In this document: positions 42,378 through 55,936 of the stretch, in pieces
Position numbering within the stretch: position 1 is the stretch's first letter
Layout of the letters: each line of letters begins with the position of its first letter
Assembly: GCA_964016885.1 (NCBI GenBank)
Contig: OZ024748.1
Location: 54,064,001-54,128,000, forward strand
DNA from: Eledone cirrhosa
Taxonomy: Eukaryota
Length of the DNA stretch: 64,000 nt
Reading direction: 5' to 3'
The notes under the pieces: generated by a model
The model's input: only the letters and a program-made list of their open reading frames with translations
Told to the model about the DNA's origin: nothing
Databases searched by the model: none
Made by a program: the position numbers and the translations under genes

Positions 42378-42562
42378 CTGTTTCTACTTTAGGCACAAGG
42401 CCAGCAATTACCCAGTGCATTACTGGTACTTTATTTTATCGACCCCGTAAGGATGAAAGGCAAAGTCAACCTCGGCGGGATTTGAATTCAGATCGTAAAG
42501 GGACGTAACTATGCTGGAAAGCAGGGCGTCCGACCCTCTACCGATACTGCCAATCCACCGCC
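42378..42562 (-). mobile_element. Meta/MESC-like tRNA SINE, full length (others 45609-45789, 47529-47730, 47878-48068; partial 16127-16282, 25163-25293, 28275-28571, 28668-28860, 37370-37503, 49486-49632)
   Basis: Near-identical to 12209-12394; flanking duplication GATAGAAATAAC. Confidence 0.9.
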
Positions 42563-42744
42563 CTGGATTGGGTTGAGATAGAAATAACATTTGTGCGTGT
42601 GTGTATTTTGTTCTTTCTCTATGGTATGTATGTAACCAGAGGGAGACAATTTTAGTGTGTGTGTAGATTTCCTTCCTTCTCTACGATCTGTATGTATGTA
42701 ACCAGGGATAGACAGTATGCGTGTTACAGCCGAGCTCATGGATG

Positions 42745-42865
42745 TTATCCAATCATCTTATTCAGGGTCTACCCCTGGGTTCCATGCTGGTTTACTTTGC
42801 CCGTAAAATTTGACTAGCGATTCTTTCCTGAGACGTTCCAACCACATGCCCGTAGTATCGGAGTT
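42745..42865 (-). mobile_element. Degenerate RTE LINE C-terminal remnant
   Basis: LRYYGHVV..ERIASQILRAK*..PRGRP*IR*LDNI. Confidence 0.7.
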
Positions 42866-44775
42866 ATGATCTCTTATTTATTTATTTAATCACTTTAAAC
42901 ATCCACATAGAGCTAGTAAGCTAAGCCATGGTACACTAGGGTTGGTACAGTTAAGAAACAAAAGCAGGATTGACAAAGAGATTAAAAAGTGGGCGGCCAG
43001 CGTGAGTGAAGAGAAGCATAAAATATATAAAGGAAGAACAAAAAACAAAGGAAGCTGATTCTGTTGTTGAAGCCTTTCGTAGCCTTAATGTACTCAAAGG
43101 TCTTGTTTATATTATTTTAATGCAATCATGAAATAGATTATTGAAACACAAATGTTACACTGTCCTTAACAACTTTGAAGGCTTTCTATAAACTGCCTTA
43201 TCAACAATCTAGGAACGTGACAGGTCTGTCCGAACACGGAAGAGCCGAACTCCTTCCGTCATCGCCCCATCTCTCTGTATAGTGAGGAAATGGGGTCCCA
43301 CGTGCTGGCCGTCCCACAGCCCCGGCGGACAGAATGGAGAAGACGTTACCCCGGAGGATGGTAAGGGAGATGCGCTGGAAGAGCCATTCCATCTCTGATT
43401 ATATTCGATAGATCTTTGAAAAATATTTTGGTAGTTCCAATCTTGGTAGTTTTTTTTAATAATTAGTTTCAAGATGTCCCCCACCTTCCCCTCTCTCTCT
43501 CATAGTTTCTACAGTCAAACAAAGAGTGGCATAGAATAGAGTTTTGGGAAGTCTCCAAAAGGACATAGAGGTGATTCTCTGCGGCCTGTACGTAATAATA
43601 TATAGTTCAATGGTATATGTCCTGTTCGGAGTCAGCATAGTCTATATTTATGGTTGAGAGCGATGATGATGATGATGATGATGATGTGGAAGAGAGAGAG
43701 AAGGGGGGGGGGGGGGGGGGTACATAGATATGTATCTGTGTGTGTGTGTGTGTGTATGTGTTTCGTTTTTTTTTGGACACCTGATATCCATAGTTTCTGC
43801 ATTACATGCGTTGTACTTTAATCGGAATATTTTGTCTCAATTTTATCCCATTTAATCTATGATACTCTCTTCTCCTATAAACCCACCTGCTCCTGCTCCT
43901 TATCTCTGTAATATACACAAACACATGCTTTGTCTCTCTTTCACACACACACACACACACCAATACTAATATGTATTAGTTTAGATTAATCATATTATAA
44001 GGTATCTATTTTTGAAGTTCTAGTTCACTTTATTTAGTTACCCACCTAGCTATTGTGCTTGCACACTTGTAAAAATTATCCCCTGTGATTGTTTCATATG
44101 TTTATTTATATCTTAATCAATTTCTAGTTGTTATAAAATGCTCGGACCTAATCTTGGAGATTATTTTACGGGTGATATGGCGCATGCCTTTCTGGCATGA
44201 CACCCACAATTTTGATTTAGATTAAATTCACTTTGATTTATCTTAGTTTTGGATATATATATATATAGTATCCCTGCATCTTTTTATAAGTAATGCCGTT
44301 CCATACGATCGTTTCAATGTTGCACAATATGCAACTGGCTTCACTTCAATTTTGGTATTCGGCTGCGGTGTTCGTGGGTCCGTTCATTTACCAATATATA
44401 TTAGTTTAACGCTTTGTATAATGGGGAAAAGTCTTAAGGTTTCAGACACGTTGATCCTTAAGATATTTCTCAGCTAGATTCCGAGTGACATATTTTGTGA
44501 CATTGCTAGTCCATTGAATTACAGGTACAACTCATTACCAAGGATCAGAATCACGGTCCTAAACTGAACACCCTAACCACTAAGCCACCTGCATTTACTT
44601 TCTGTAGACGTATCAACACATGCGCACACAAAGGATATTCACGTGCGTTTGCGAAAAGATATATGCATTTATGCAAATATATTTAAATTGATTGCCTATC
44701 TATGCATGTTTATTGGTGTACATGTATGTTTCTGTGTGTGTGTATATATATATATATTATATATATATATATATA

Positions 44776-44828
<53 letters not shown>

Positions 44829-44869
44829 ATAAATATATATATGTATAAATATATATATGTATAAATATA

Positions 44870-44910
<41 letters not shown>

Positions 44911-44998
44911 GCGTGTAGAAAAGACATGCATTGAAACAAGGAAATACGAATATGTATACACATAGGCCTGTGCGTGTGTGTATGAGGGTTTGTGTTTG

Positions 44999-45073
<75 letters not shown>

Positions 45074-45447
45074 TACATACACGCACCCCCACACACACGT
45101 GACATAACTAGAAAGAGACTATCAATCATTCAAGCAGATTCAAGAGACAGCCAATCAATCATGTTGAGAAATATTTGGTAAGTTTTGGTGCCACTCTCCA
45201 GTACTACCACAGTACTAGAGCACCACCTGGGCCTCGTATTTCAGCCAAGGTTGGCCACCATCTACCTGCTATGAGGAATTCTTTGGACTTTCCTGATTGG
45301 CCTTACATGTCGCTGCTATTCATTATACAAACATCTCTTTTTTAACATATTTACCTTGACAGCTCTCACATACATGCACCATATATTTATGTATGACATA
45401 TTAAATATAATAGATATATTTACATCTACACATTCGTTTATATATAT

Positions 45448-45504
<57 letters not shown>

Positions 45505-45893
45505 CATTTACATATATACAAACACATCCACATGCACGCACACACGCATTCACTCACACGCACGCACACACACACACTCACACACACACATATATATACA
45601 CTATATATAATTGTTTCTACTATGTGCACAAGGCCAGCAAATTACCCAGTACATTACTGGTACTTTATTTTATCGACCCCGTAAGGATGAAAGGCAAAGT
45701 TAACCTCGGCCGGATTTGAACTCAGAATGGCAAGGGCCGTAACTCTATGCGTCAAAGCATGGCGTCCGACCCTCTACCGATACTGCCAAAATGTAATCTG
45801 AGTTTTTCGAATATTAATAATAACATTCGATTATTTTGCAAACAAGCCTCAATTTTATAGCCATGTCAGTAGAATGAACCCTTCATTCTTGCT

Positions 45894-45970
<77 letters not shown>

Positions 45971-46163
45971 CCTACGTAAATCTGTAGGGAATTTCTTCAG
46001 GAAGATTTTTATACTATTTCTTTCGTATCTAGTTATTATATATAAGCCTGCCTTATTGGCTCATACCTGTGTGTTCGTATATACATGCATACGTACATAC
46101 ATACATACATACATACATACATACATACATACATACATACATACATACATACATACATACATA

Positions 46164-46528
46164 CAACTGCCTCAATACAAATCTTGAGAAGCTAGGCTTC
46201 ACAGGAACAGAAAGAACACAACTCGTTAGGAAACTACAAGTACAATCCATTAATGGAATAGTAAAAATATGTAAAACATTCCAAAAATTTTGCATCTAAT
46301 AACTCCATATACACATGTACAGATGCAAAGCATATACACATGTACACATACAACTCAAAACATCCACATCCACACATACAATAACATCCATATCTACACA
46401 TGCATGCATACATACATACATATCTACCTAGTTGATGTTGTGTAAATTCCAATGAGAGAGTCTTGTGTCTATGTTAGAAACAGACTCTCTCTCTATTGGT
46501 AAAACTTTGTGAAATTATAAAACCAGAA
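46164..46528 (+). mobile_element. 3' end of an R4/Dong-like non-LTR retrotransposon inside (TACA)n
   Basis: NLEKLGF..LVRKLQVQSINGIVKICKTFQKF* resembles the R4-clade C-terminus; 3' UTR hairpin GAGAGAGTC/GACTCTCTC; (TACA)n on both sides. Confidence 0.55.
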
Positions 46529-46564
46529 CATACATACATACATACATAAATCAGAATGGATGCA

Positions 46565-46718
46565 GTAAAAACCAGTTAGGCCATTACTCACCAGAGTACT
46601 CGATACATGAGGTAGTAGAGTGGGTAACATGAAAATTTCGAGACCCCGACAGCTGAGCTCCTGCCGCTTCAACAGCTAGATCCGGGAGCTCAACCGTCGA
46701 GGTCTCGAATTTTTCATA
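46565..46718 (-). mobile_element. Family A mini-element (diverged)
   Basis: ATGAAAATTTCGAGACC..GGTCTCGAATTTTTCAT palindrome; tail reads CACTCTACTACC..GAGTAC on minus. Confidence 0.75.
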
Positions 46719-47141
46719 CATATATATATGTGTGTGTGTGTGTATGTTTATATAACAGTATTAGTACGATGAGATGTAGTTGAGGGAAAATTGGCTGCTC
46801 TTTCTGTCAGGTCTAGCAAACATCGATGTTTTTACACTAACATAACCAACCCTTAGTGTGTTGCGATGGGCGAAGTGATGGTCCTTTCTGATTGGCTCAA
46901 ATTCTAGCTACCTTAGAAACAAAACTGTGCCACTTTTCGTCTCGTTCTTTCCCTGATGAATTCGTCCATTTTGTTTTTCTCCGAGAGTTGATGTATGTCA
47001 AGCTCTCCTCTTTCTCTCGCAGCCATAGCGAATGTGTTGTTGCATTTCTTATTAAAGCTATCATTTTTATTTGTGTTTGTTAAAGTGTACATCGTCTTTT
47101 TTCACGACTGTATTATTTGGTTTTTCTGTTTATATATATAT

Positions 47142-47234
47142 AATTGTTCTCGGTATGGTGAACTAACTGTTGTATTACTACTTCTATATATAAATGAAAA
47201 ATATAGAAATTATTGTAGCAAGAAGCCAACAGTA

Positions 47235-47309
<75 letters not shown>

Positions 47310-47345
47310 TGTGGGCTTCTTGCTACAATAATTTCTATATTTTTC

Positions 47346-47392
<47 letters not shown>

Positions 47393-47431
47393 TAGTAACA
47401 CAACAGTTAGTTCACCATACCGAGAACAATT
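47142..47431. repeat. Inverted duplication centred on (TA)n
   Basis: ~90 bp arms, two substitutions, TA run expanded in the right arm; inner part also found at 38011-38060 and 51184-51233. Confidence 0.9.
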
Positions 47432-48597
47432 GTTTCACTATATTTCTGTTTGCGTTTTGCAAATATGATGAAAAGGCAAAGTTAACCTCGGCTTGATTTG
47501 AACACAGAACCCAAAATAATGATAATGGTTTATGGTTTAGGCACAAGGCCAGCAATTTTGTTGTAGGGGGGGGGAGTCGATTATATCGATTCCAGTGTGT
47601 GACTGGTGCTTTATTTTATCGACCCCGTAAGGATGAAAGGAAAATATAACCTCGGCGGGATTTGAACTATGAAGGTAAAGGGCCATAACTCTATGCTGCA
47701 AAGCATGGTGTCTGACGCTCTACCGATCCACTAATGATAACGATAATAATAATTATTATTAAAATTTCTTTATTGACCACTATGGCCGAAAACATTGAGA
47801 ACAATCCAACAAACTAAGACTGGAGATTTATATGTCGAGATTTAATCTGAGACAACAATATGTAACAACATAATAATAATAGTTTCTACTTTTTGGCACA
47901 AGGCCAGCAATTATCCCAGTGTATTACTGGTACTTTATTTTATCGACCCCGTATAGATGAAAGGCAAAATTAATCTCGGCGGGACTTGAACTCAGACCGT
48001 AAAGGGTCGTAACCCTATACTGCAAAGCATGGTGTCTGACTCTCTACCGATTCTGCCAATCCACCGCCCTTAATGCCAAAGGCCAGCAATTTGGTGGTTG
48101 GGTAGGGAAAGTCCATAAAATCTATACAGTCCTTGACTGGTACTTTATTTTATCAATCCTGCAAGAATGGAAAAGAAAAGTTTAACCCAATGGGATAATA
48201 TTATTTGTAACAATGATGATGATGATGGTTAAGATGATCATGATCATGATTAAGACGACGATGATGATTAAAACGATGGAGATTATGATGATGATGAGTA
48301 AGACGACGACGACGACGACGATGATTAAAGCGATGGTGATAGTACACGACTAGAAATTCGGTGAGATTAATTGACACCTCAGTCTTTGACTGATCCTTAT
48401 TTTTGCTGTCCCCCTGAAATATGAACGGCAACAGCTAACTAGTGAACCTCTGCATCGTCCCCTCACTTGTTAGAAACAACCAAACCTCCCCCAGGTCGCA
48501 CCATAGTTCTTGTGTAGACTTCCCAGGAACTTTGTAGCACTATTTGTTCTAATGTAGAAACTATCAGTCATACGGAGAGAGAGAGAGCGAGAGACGG

Positions 48598-48882
48598 GTG
48601 ACATCTTGAGGCTGGTCTTTAATAAACTAACATTGGAGATACAAACTATTGTCAAAAATCTACTAAATATAAAGAATATCTTTGATAGATGGGGGCTACG
48701 AAAAGATTCAACAACAGAAATAGCAGTCTGAAAAAGAGAATATCTTGCGGCTGGTCTTTAAAAAACTACCAACATTGGAAATACAATGTATTGTATTGTC
48801 AAAGATCTACCAACTAACTATAAACAAGATCTTTGAGTTCATGGAGGCTATGAAAAGTTTCAACAACATAAAACATATAGCT
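48598..48882. repeat. Two diverged tandem copies of ~140 bp
   Basis: ATCTTG.GGCTGGTCTTTAA..AACATTGGA.ATACAA..TTCAACAACA repeated. Confidence 0.75.
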
Positions 48883-48994
48883 GTTTCTTTAACCTCCAAT
48901 AGCGCTCCCTATTTTATTTCTATGTCTATTTGATTTTGTTTCTTAACTGTAAAGGGCACTAGGTGCCTCTCCCCAGTCTGTCATGGATTATATA

Positions 48995-49485
48995 TATTGT
49001 TATACTTGGGGAGGGTCATATTTGTGTAATGATATTGCCAGAATTAATGACAGAACACACTCACTGTTTGGTTGGTTTTCGCTTCTGTGTCTTTTATATC
49101 GGTTAATTTAATTTATTCGGTCCTCAATGTTACCATTGACTGACCAACGGTCAAAAATACAGATACAATATAGACACAAACACATATATATAGTCTAACA
49201 TAAAGATGGCGTAGGCATACAATGCAACGGAAACATAATAGCACCACTGACGATGTTGCAGATGTGCAACGAAAGAATTTGTTAGACTATATATATGTGT
49301 TTGTGTCTATATTGTATCTGTGTTTTTGACCGTTGGTCAGTCAATGGTAACATTGAGGACCGAATAAATTAAATTAACCGATATAAAGGACACAGAAGCG
49401 AAAACCAACTAAACAGTGAGTGTGTTCTGTTATTAATTCTGGCAATATCATTACACAAATATGATCCTCCTCAAGTATAACAATA
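48995..49485. repeat. 206-bp inverted repeat with a 79-bp spacer holding a hammerhead core
   Basis: Arms 48995-49200 / 49280-49485 with six mismatches; spacer CTGACGA-t-GTTGCA-gatg-TGCAAC-GAAA. Confidence 0.92.
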
Positions 49486-49854
49486 ATTGTTTCGACACAC
49501 GATTTCAAGTCAAAAACCTCGCAAAACTAATTCATTTACCGACCCAGGATGAAAGGCTTTGAACTCAGACCGTAAAGAGGCGTAACTATGATAGAAAGCA
49601 TGGCGTCCAACCCTCTACCGAGACTGCCAATTCACAATAATAATAATTAATAATAATAATAATATATGTATATATTAAATAAAAGTAGTTAAGACGGGAT
49701 TATTTCACCATAATTGCTTTCTTGCATGATACATATTTCTATTATATGGCTATGCATGTGACTTCATCAGAAACATACGCAATCATAGGTGTAGTTATGT
49801 AATCATTGGGATATGCTGCTGGCCATGTATAACCATCCTGTTGTGATGGCAGCA

Positions 49855-49897
<43 letters not shown>

Positions 49898-50049
49898 TAC
49901 AGTTTGAATTATTAGTGCGTTACCAGAGGTTTCATGGGATGTATCTGAAGAGTTAGATGTGGTTATAACTATAAAGAAGTCAAACTGCCAAATACCAATT
50001 TTGTTTGCGCTTTTTATTCATTTGTACCCCCGCCTGTATATATTCGTGT

Positions 50050-50650
50050 TTGTATGTATGTTTGTTTCTGTATGTATATCTGTATGTATGTTTGTTTCTG
50101 TATGTATATCTGTATGTATGTTTGTTTCTGTATGTATATCTGTATGTATGTATGTTTGTTTCTGTATGTATATCTGTATGTATGTTTGTATGTATGTTTG
50201 TTTCTGTATGTATATCTGTATGTATGTTTGTATGTATGTTTGTATATCTGTATGTATGTTTGTATGTCTGTTTGTTTCTGTATGTATATCTGTATGTATG
50301 TTTGTATGTATGTTTGTATATCTGTATGTATGTTTGTTTCTGTATGTATATCTGTATGTATGTTTGTTTCTGTATGTATATCTGTATGTATGTTTGTATG
50401 TATGTTTGTTTCTGTATGTATATCTGTATGTATGTTTGTATGTATGTTTGTATATCTGTATGTATGTCACAAGGTCGTTAGTTCCTTCAGCGAGACATAT
50501 TTCCCGTTGCTCCGACCACTCAAACTGGAAAACATTTTGTATGTAAAGTATATATGTAAGGTATGTGTGTGTATGTATGTATGTATGTATGTATGTATGT
50601 ATGTATGTATGCATGTATGTATGTATGTATGTATGTATGTATGCATGCAA
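50050..50650. repeat. (TATG)n-based compound repeat
   Basis: Directly visible. Confidence 0.9.
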
Positions 50651-50836
50651 CGTATGTATATATATGCATTCTTTCGTGCGGAAGTAGCAAAAGTGCGATA
50701 TTAATAGCGAGATTAGACAGTTGAGTGGAGAAACTAGATTTATATCATATGTATAAATCATACACACCAAACTACTGTTCAGATTATAGTTCAGGCAGGT
50801 TCTTTCTGGTACTACATCCATACACAACATACCAAC

Positions 50837-50868
<32 letters not shown>

Positions 50869-50989
50869 CACGCTATCAACATACATTTAACAATGCAAGC
50901 ATTAACATACACACATACACACACAAACAAATATACATACACACATACATACATGCATACATATAAAACAGTATATTTTTTTGTTGGAT

Positions 50990-51128
50990 CGCCAATCTGA
51001 AGAGCAGATCGATAACGGAGTCCATAACTTCTAGGGGGCTACCCTGAGCCAATTCTCTGGGAAACACGCGTAAGAGGTCGATACACAGCAAAAAACTAAA
51101 CACACGTAAACGAAATTTCATCATTTTT

Positions 51129-51130
<2 letters not shown>
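50990..51130 (+). mobile_element. Hammerhead-like family F element
   Basis: CTGAAGA at 50997, GAAAC-acgc-GTA at 51061-51072; homologous to 3662-3800; ends in (TA)n. Confidence 0.55.
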
Positions 51131-51185
<55 letters not shown>

Positions 51186-51251
51186 GGAATACTGTTGGCT
51201 TCTTGCTACAATAATTTCTATACTTTTCATTTATATATATATATAGAGATA

Positions 51252-51460
<209 letters not shown>

Positions 51461-51587
51461 TGCAACGCGGTCTTGGGTTCAGTCCCACCCAATGTTTCAA
51501 TGTCTTGTTCTTCAGCTTCGGATTGACTAGTGCCTTGTGGCTGGAATTTTTTTGGCAGACATTGCAGAAGCTTGTGGTATATATAAA

Positions 51588-51663
<76 letters not shown>

Positions 51664-52061
51664 TGTGTGTATGTTTATGTCCCATTAAAGAGCAGGCCAC
51701 AAAAACGAGATCGATAAAGCAAGTAACATATTTGAAAGAGTATTAGTGTCGATTTGATTGACTAATTCAAGACAACGCCCCATCGTGGTTGCAATTTTTA
51801 AAAAAACCCTAGGGAGAGAAAATAAATAGCCACGTTTTCTGTCCTTAGGGTTTGTTTTTACACGATTTTCTAGCACTATTATCACTGTGGCAAATCTGTG
51901 CTTGGATTTCAATATTTCTAATATATATACACACACATACATACATATATACATATATGAAATGGCCATGTATATATATATATTATTGAATAAAATTACC
52001 ACTGAGCCACCAATCTTCAGTGAATACATACATACATACATGCATACATATATATATATAT

Positions 52062-52108
52062 ACTACAGGATTACAACTGTTTCATTCATATGAAATCATC
52101 ATCATCAT

Positions 52109-52171
<63 letters not shown>

Positions 52172-52214
52172 TACAGGACTACAACTGTTTCATTCATATG
52201 AAATCATCATCATC

Positions 52215-52259
<45 letters not shown>

Positions 52260-52302
52260 TACAGGACTACAACTGTTTCATTCATATGAAATCATCATCA
52301 TC

Positions 52303-52359
<57 letters not shown>

Positions 52360-52402
52360 TACATGACTACAACTGTTTCATTCATATGAAATCATCATCA
52401 TC

Positions 52403-52441
<39 letters not shown>

Positions 52442-52490
52442 TACAGGACTACAACTGTTTCATTCATATGAAATCATCATCATCATTATG
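52062..52490 (-). repeat. Five tandem family B arm units separated by variable (TA)n
   Basis: TACTACAGGACTACAACTGTTTCATTCATATGAAATCATCATCATCATTA x5. Confidence 0.9.
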
Positions 52491-52798
52491 TATATATATA
52501 TATATATACATACATACACACGGAATCAGGTATGTATATGAGGACCAGGTGAGGTCTACCTTGAATACAACCGGAACTGTACGGATTTTACACCTCCATC
52601 ATTCTCTTCAAATAACCTACCTCTGGATTTTACCGACCAGATTACCACGGAGTTTACCATTCTTTGATCTACACCTACCTGGATTATACCTGTACCGACT
52701 ACATATGGAGTTTACCACGTAACAGATGTTTCCCTGAACACATACCGACTCTCCCAGCGACAATTATAATTTTTTTATGCACACACAATTAGATGTGT

Positions 52799-52845
<47 letters not shown>

Positions 52846-52860
52846 AACTCACACATACTG

Positions 52861-52916
<56 letters not shown>

Positions 52917-52949
52917 TATATATATACATACATTATATATATATATAGG

Positions 52950-52990
<41 letters not shown>

Positions 52991-53171
52991 CATTATATAT
53001 ATACGTTATATATATATATATATACTTTATATATATATATATGTATATATATACACATATATATAACATATATATCTTTGTTATGGTTTTAAGATATCTC
53101 ACATTATATATATATATATATATATATATATAACATATATATCTTTGTTTGGGATATAAGATATCTAACAT

Positions 53172-53202
<31 letters not shown>

Positions 53203-53203
53203 A

Positions 53204-53237
<34 letters not shown>

Positions 53238-53259
53238 CATCATATATATATATATATAA

Positions 53260-53290
<31 letters not shown>

Positions 53291-54008
53291 ACATCATATA
53301 TATATATTTATATATGATGTTATATTTATATATATAGTTGCATAATATATAGAGAGTTGTAGACCTTCATATATAAAAGTATACACCCATCCACACACAC
53401 ACACTCATATATATATATATATTGAATAATACATACATATATAATGTGTTACCTACAGCAGTATATACATGTATTTTACATAAATATTATGTGGCATTTG
53501 TGGAATTCTTTTTGCCATAAACTCTGGCCGAAATAGTGTAGACGGAGATTATGCGGAAGCCCATATGATGGATTTTACTTATAAATGTAATGTCTAGCAT
53601 TGTTTCATATTTTGGCAAACTTATTCAACTTCAGGAAGGGTACTCGTGTCTGTGGAATAGCCGGCCTCTCATAAATTAATGTTCCAGTTGGGTTTGTTTT
53701 AGTTGAACAAGCAATTCCATGTGCATCGTCAAAACCGACGGAGTTTACATCACATATGTGTATGTCTATATATATATATATATGTGTGTGTGTGTATACC
53801 TTTTTATATATGCATATATGGATTTATATAAATATATATATATTTATATATGCATATATGCATTTATATAAATATATATATATATTTATATATGCATATA
53901 TAAATGTATATACATATAAATATAGTTTTTTATATATATAACTATATTTATATATGTATATGCATTTATATAAATATATATATATATTTATATATGCATA
54001 TATAAATG

Positions 54009-54077
<69 letters not shown>

Positions 54078-54329
54078 CTATATTTATATATGTATATGCA
54101 TTTATATAAATATATATAAATTTATATATGTATGCATTTATATAAATGTATATACATATATATGCATTTCTATATGGATATATATTTATATAGATATAAA
54201 TATTTATTAATGTACGCAAACATTTATATATATATATATATATATATTTATCCATGTATACATTTATATTAATATATATATATTCATATATGTATACATT
54301 TATATATATATTTTAATATGTATACATTT

Positions 54330-54418
<89 letters not shown>

Positions 54419-54426
54419 GTATGTAC

Positions 54427-54471
<45 letters not shown>

Positions 54472-54670
54472 CTACACTCTGAGTACTCAAAACATGATGA
54501 GCAGATTTGGAAGAATCTCTTATTAAAAGAAAAACTATTTGTTTCATCTTAGAATATATTATAATTATGTCTTTGATGAGCATATATTTCTTATATGATA
54601 CAACTCACCATTTTGTAAGATGTTCCTCTATTAAATTGATATTATATATGAATGTTACGTATATATATAT

Positions 54671-54718
<48 letters not shown>

Positions 54719-54772
54719 TATATATATATATATATATATATTAATATATGAACATGTATATATTAATATATG

Positions 54773-54830
<58 letters not shown>

Positions 54831-55110
54831 TATATATATTAATATATGAACATATATATATTAATATATGAACATATATATATTAATATATGAACATATA
54901 TATTAATATATGAACGTATATATATATTTATATATGGACATATAGAAACATATATATTCATATATAAACATATATATATAGATATATGTGTGTGTGTGTG
55001 TGTGTGTATATACGTGTGTATATATATGTGTGTATATATATACATAACTATATATATATATATATGTACATATATATATATATATCTACATATATATATT
55101 TATATATAGT

Positions 55111-55141
<31 letters not shown>

Positions 55142-55608
55142 TTGTATATATATATATAATTACATAACATATTTATGTTTATATTAAATCATATCACATG
55201 CATTTTTGTATACAAACATATATATTTGTAAAATCTCTATACCATATATGTATATCATATATTACATGCATTTACGTATGCATTCGTGTATATACACACA
55301 CACACATATATATATATATATATTTATGTATATATATATATATGTATATATATACATATACATACACACACATATATATGTATATATTCATATATATGTA
55401 TGTATACACACATATATGTGTATATGAATGATACATATATATATGTATGTATATATATATATATATGTTTATATGTATGTATACATATATGTGTATATAT
55501 ATATAATATATATGTATATATATATATGTATATATATATGTATATATATATGTGTGTATATATATATGTGTATATATATATGTGTGTATATATATGTGTG
55601 TATATATA

Positions 55609-55644
<36 letters not shown>

Positions 55645-55763
55645 TATATGTATGTATATACGTATGTATATGTATATATATATATATATATTATATTAGG
55701 TATGAATCGAATTTGTAGCTGCCATATAGCAGGTACTAATCAAGTTGTTTGAGGCTATATATA

Positions 55764-55824
<61 letters not shown>

Positions 55825-55936
55825 AGGGATAGAGAGATTAAATCACTGCCCCCCCCCTCTCATGTAGTAATAAGTATTTTCTATTTGGTTCGATCTTTAT
55901 GAAGTTCTGTCAAGAATGTTGAGGTGAAAATCTCGG

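Noticed and set aside
52062-52490. CRISPR-like repeat/spacer appearance
   Set aside because: Spacers are just (TA)n, context is eukaryotic, no cas genes
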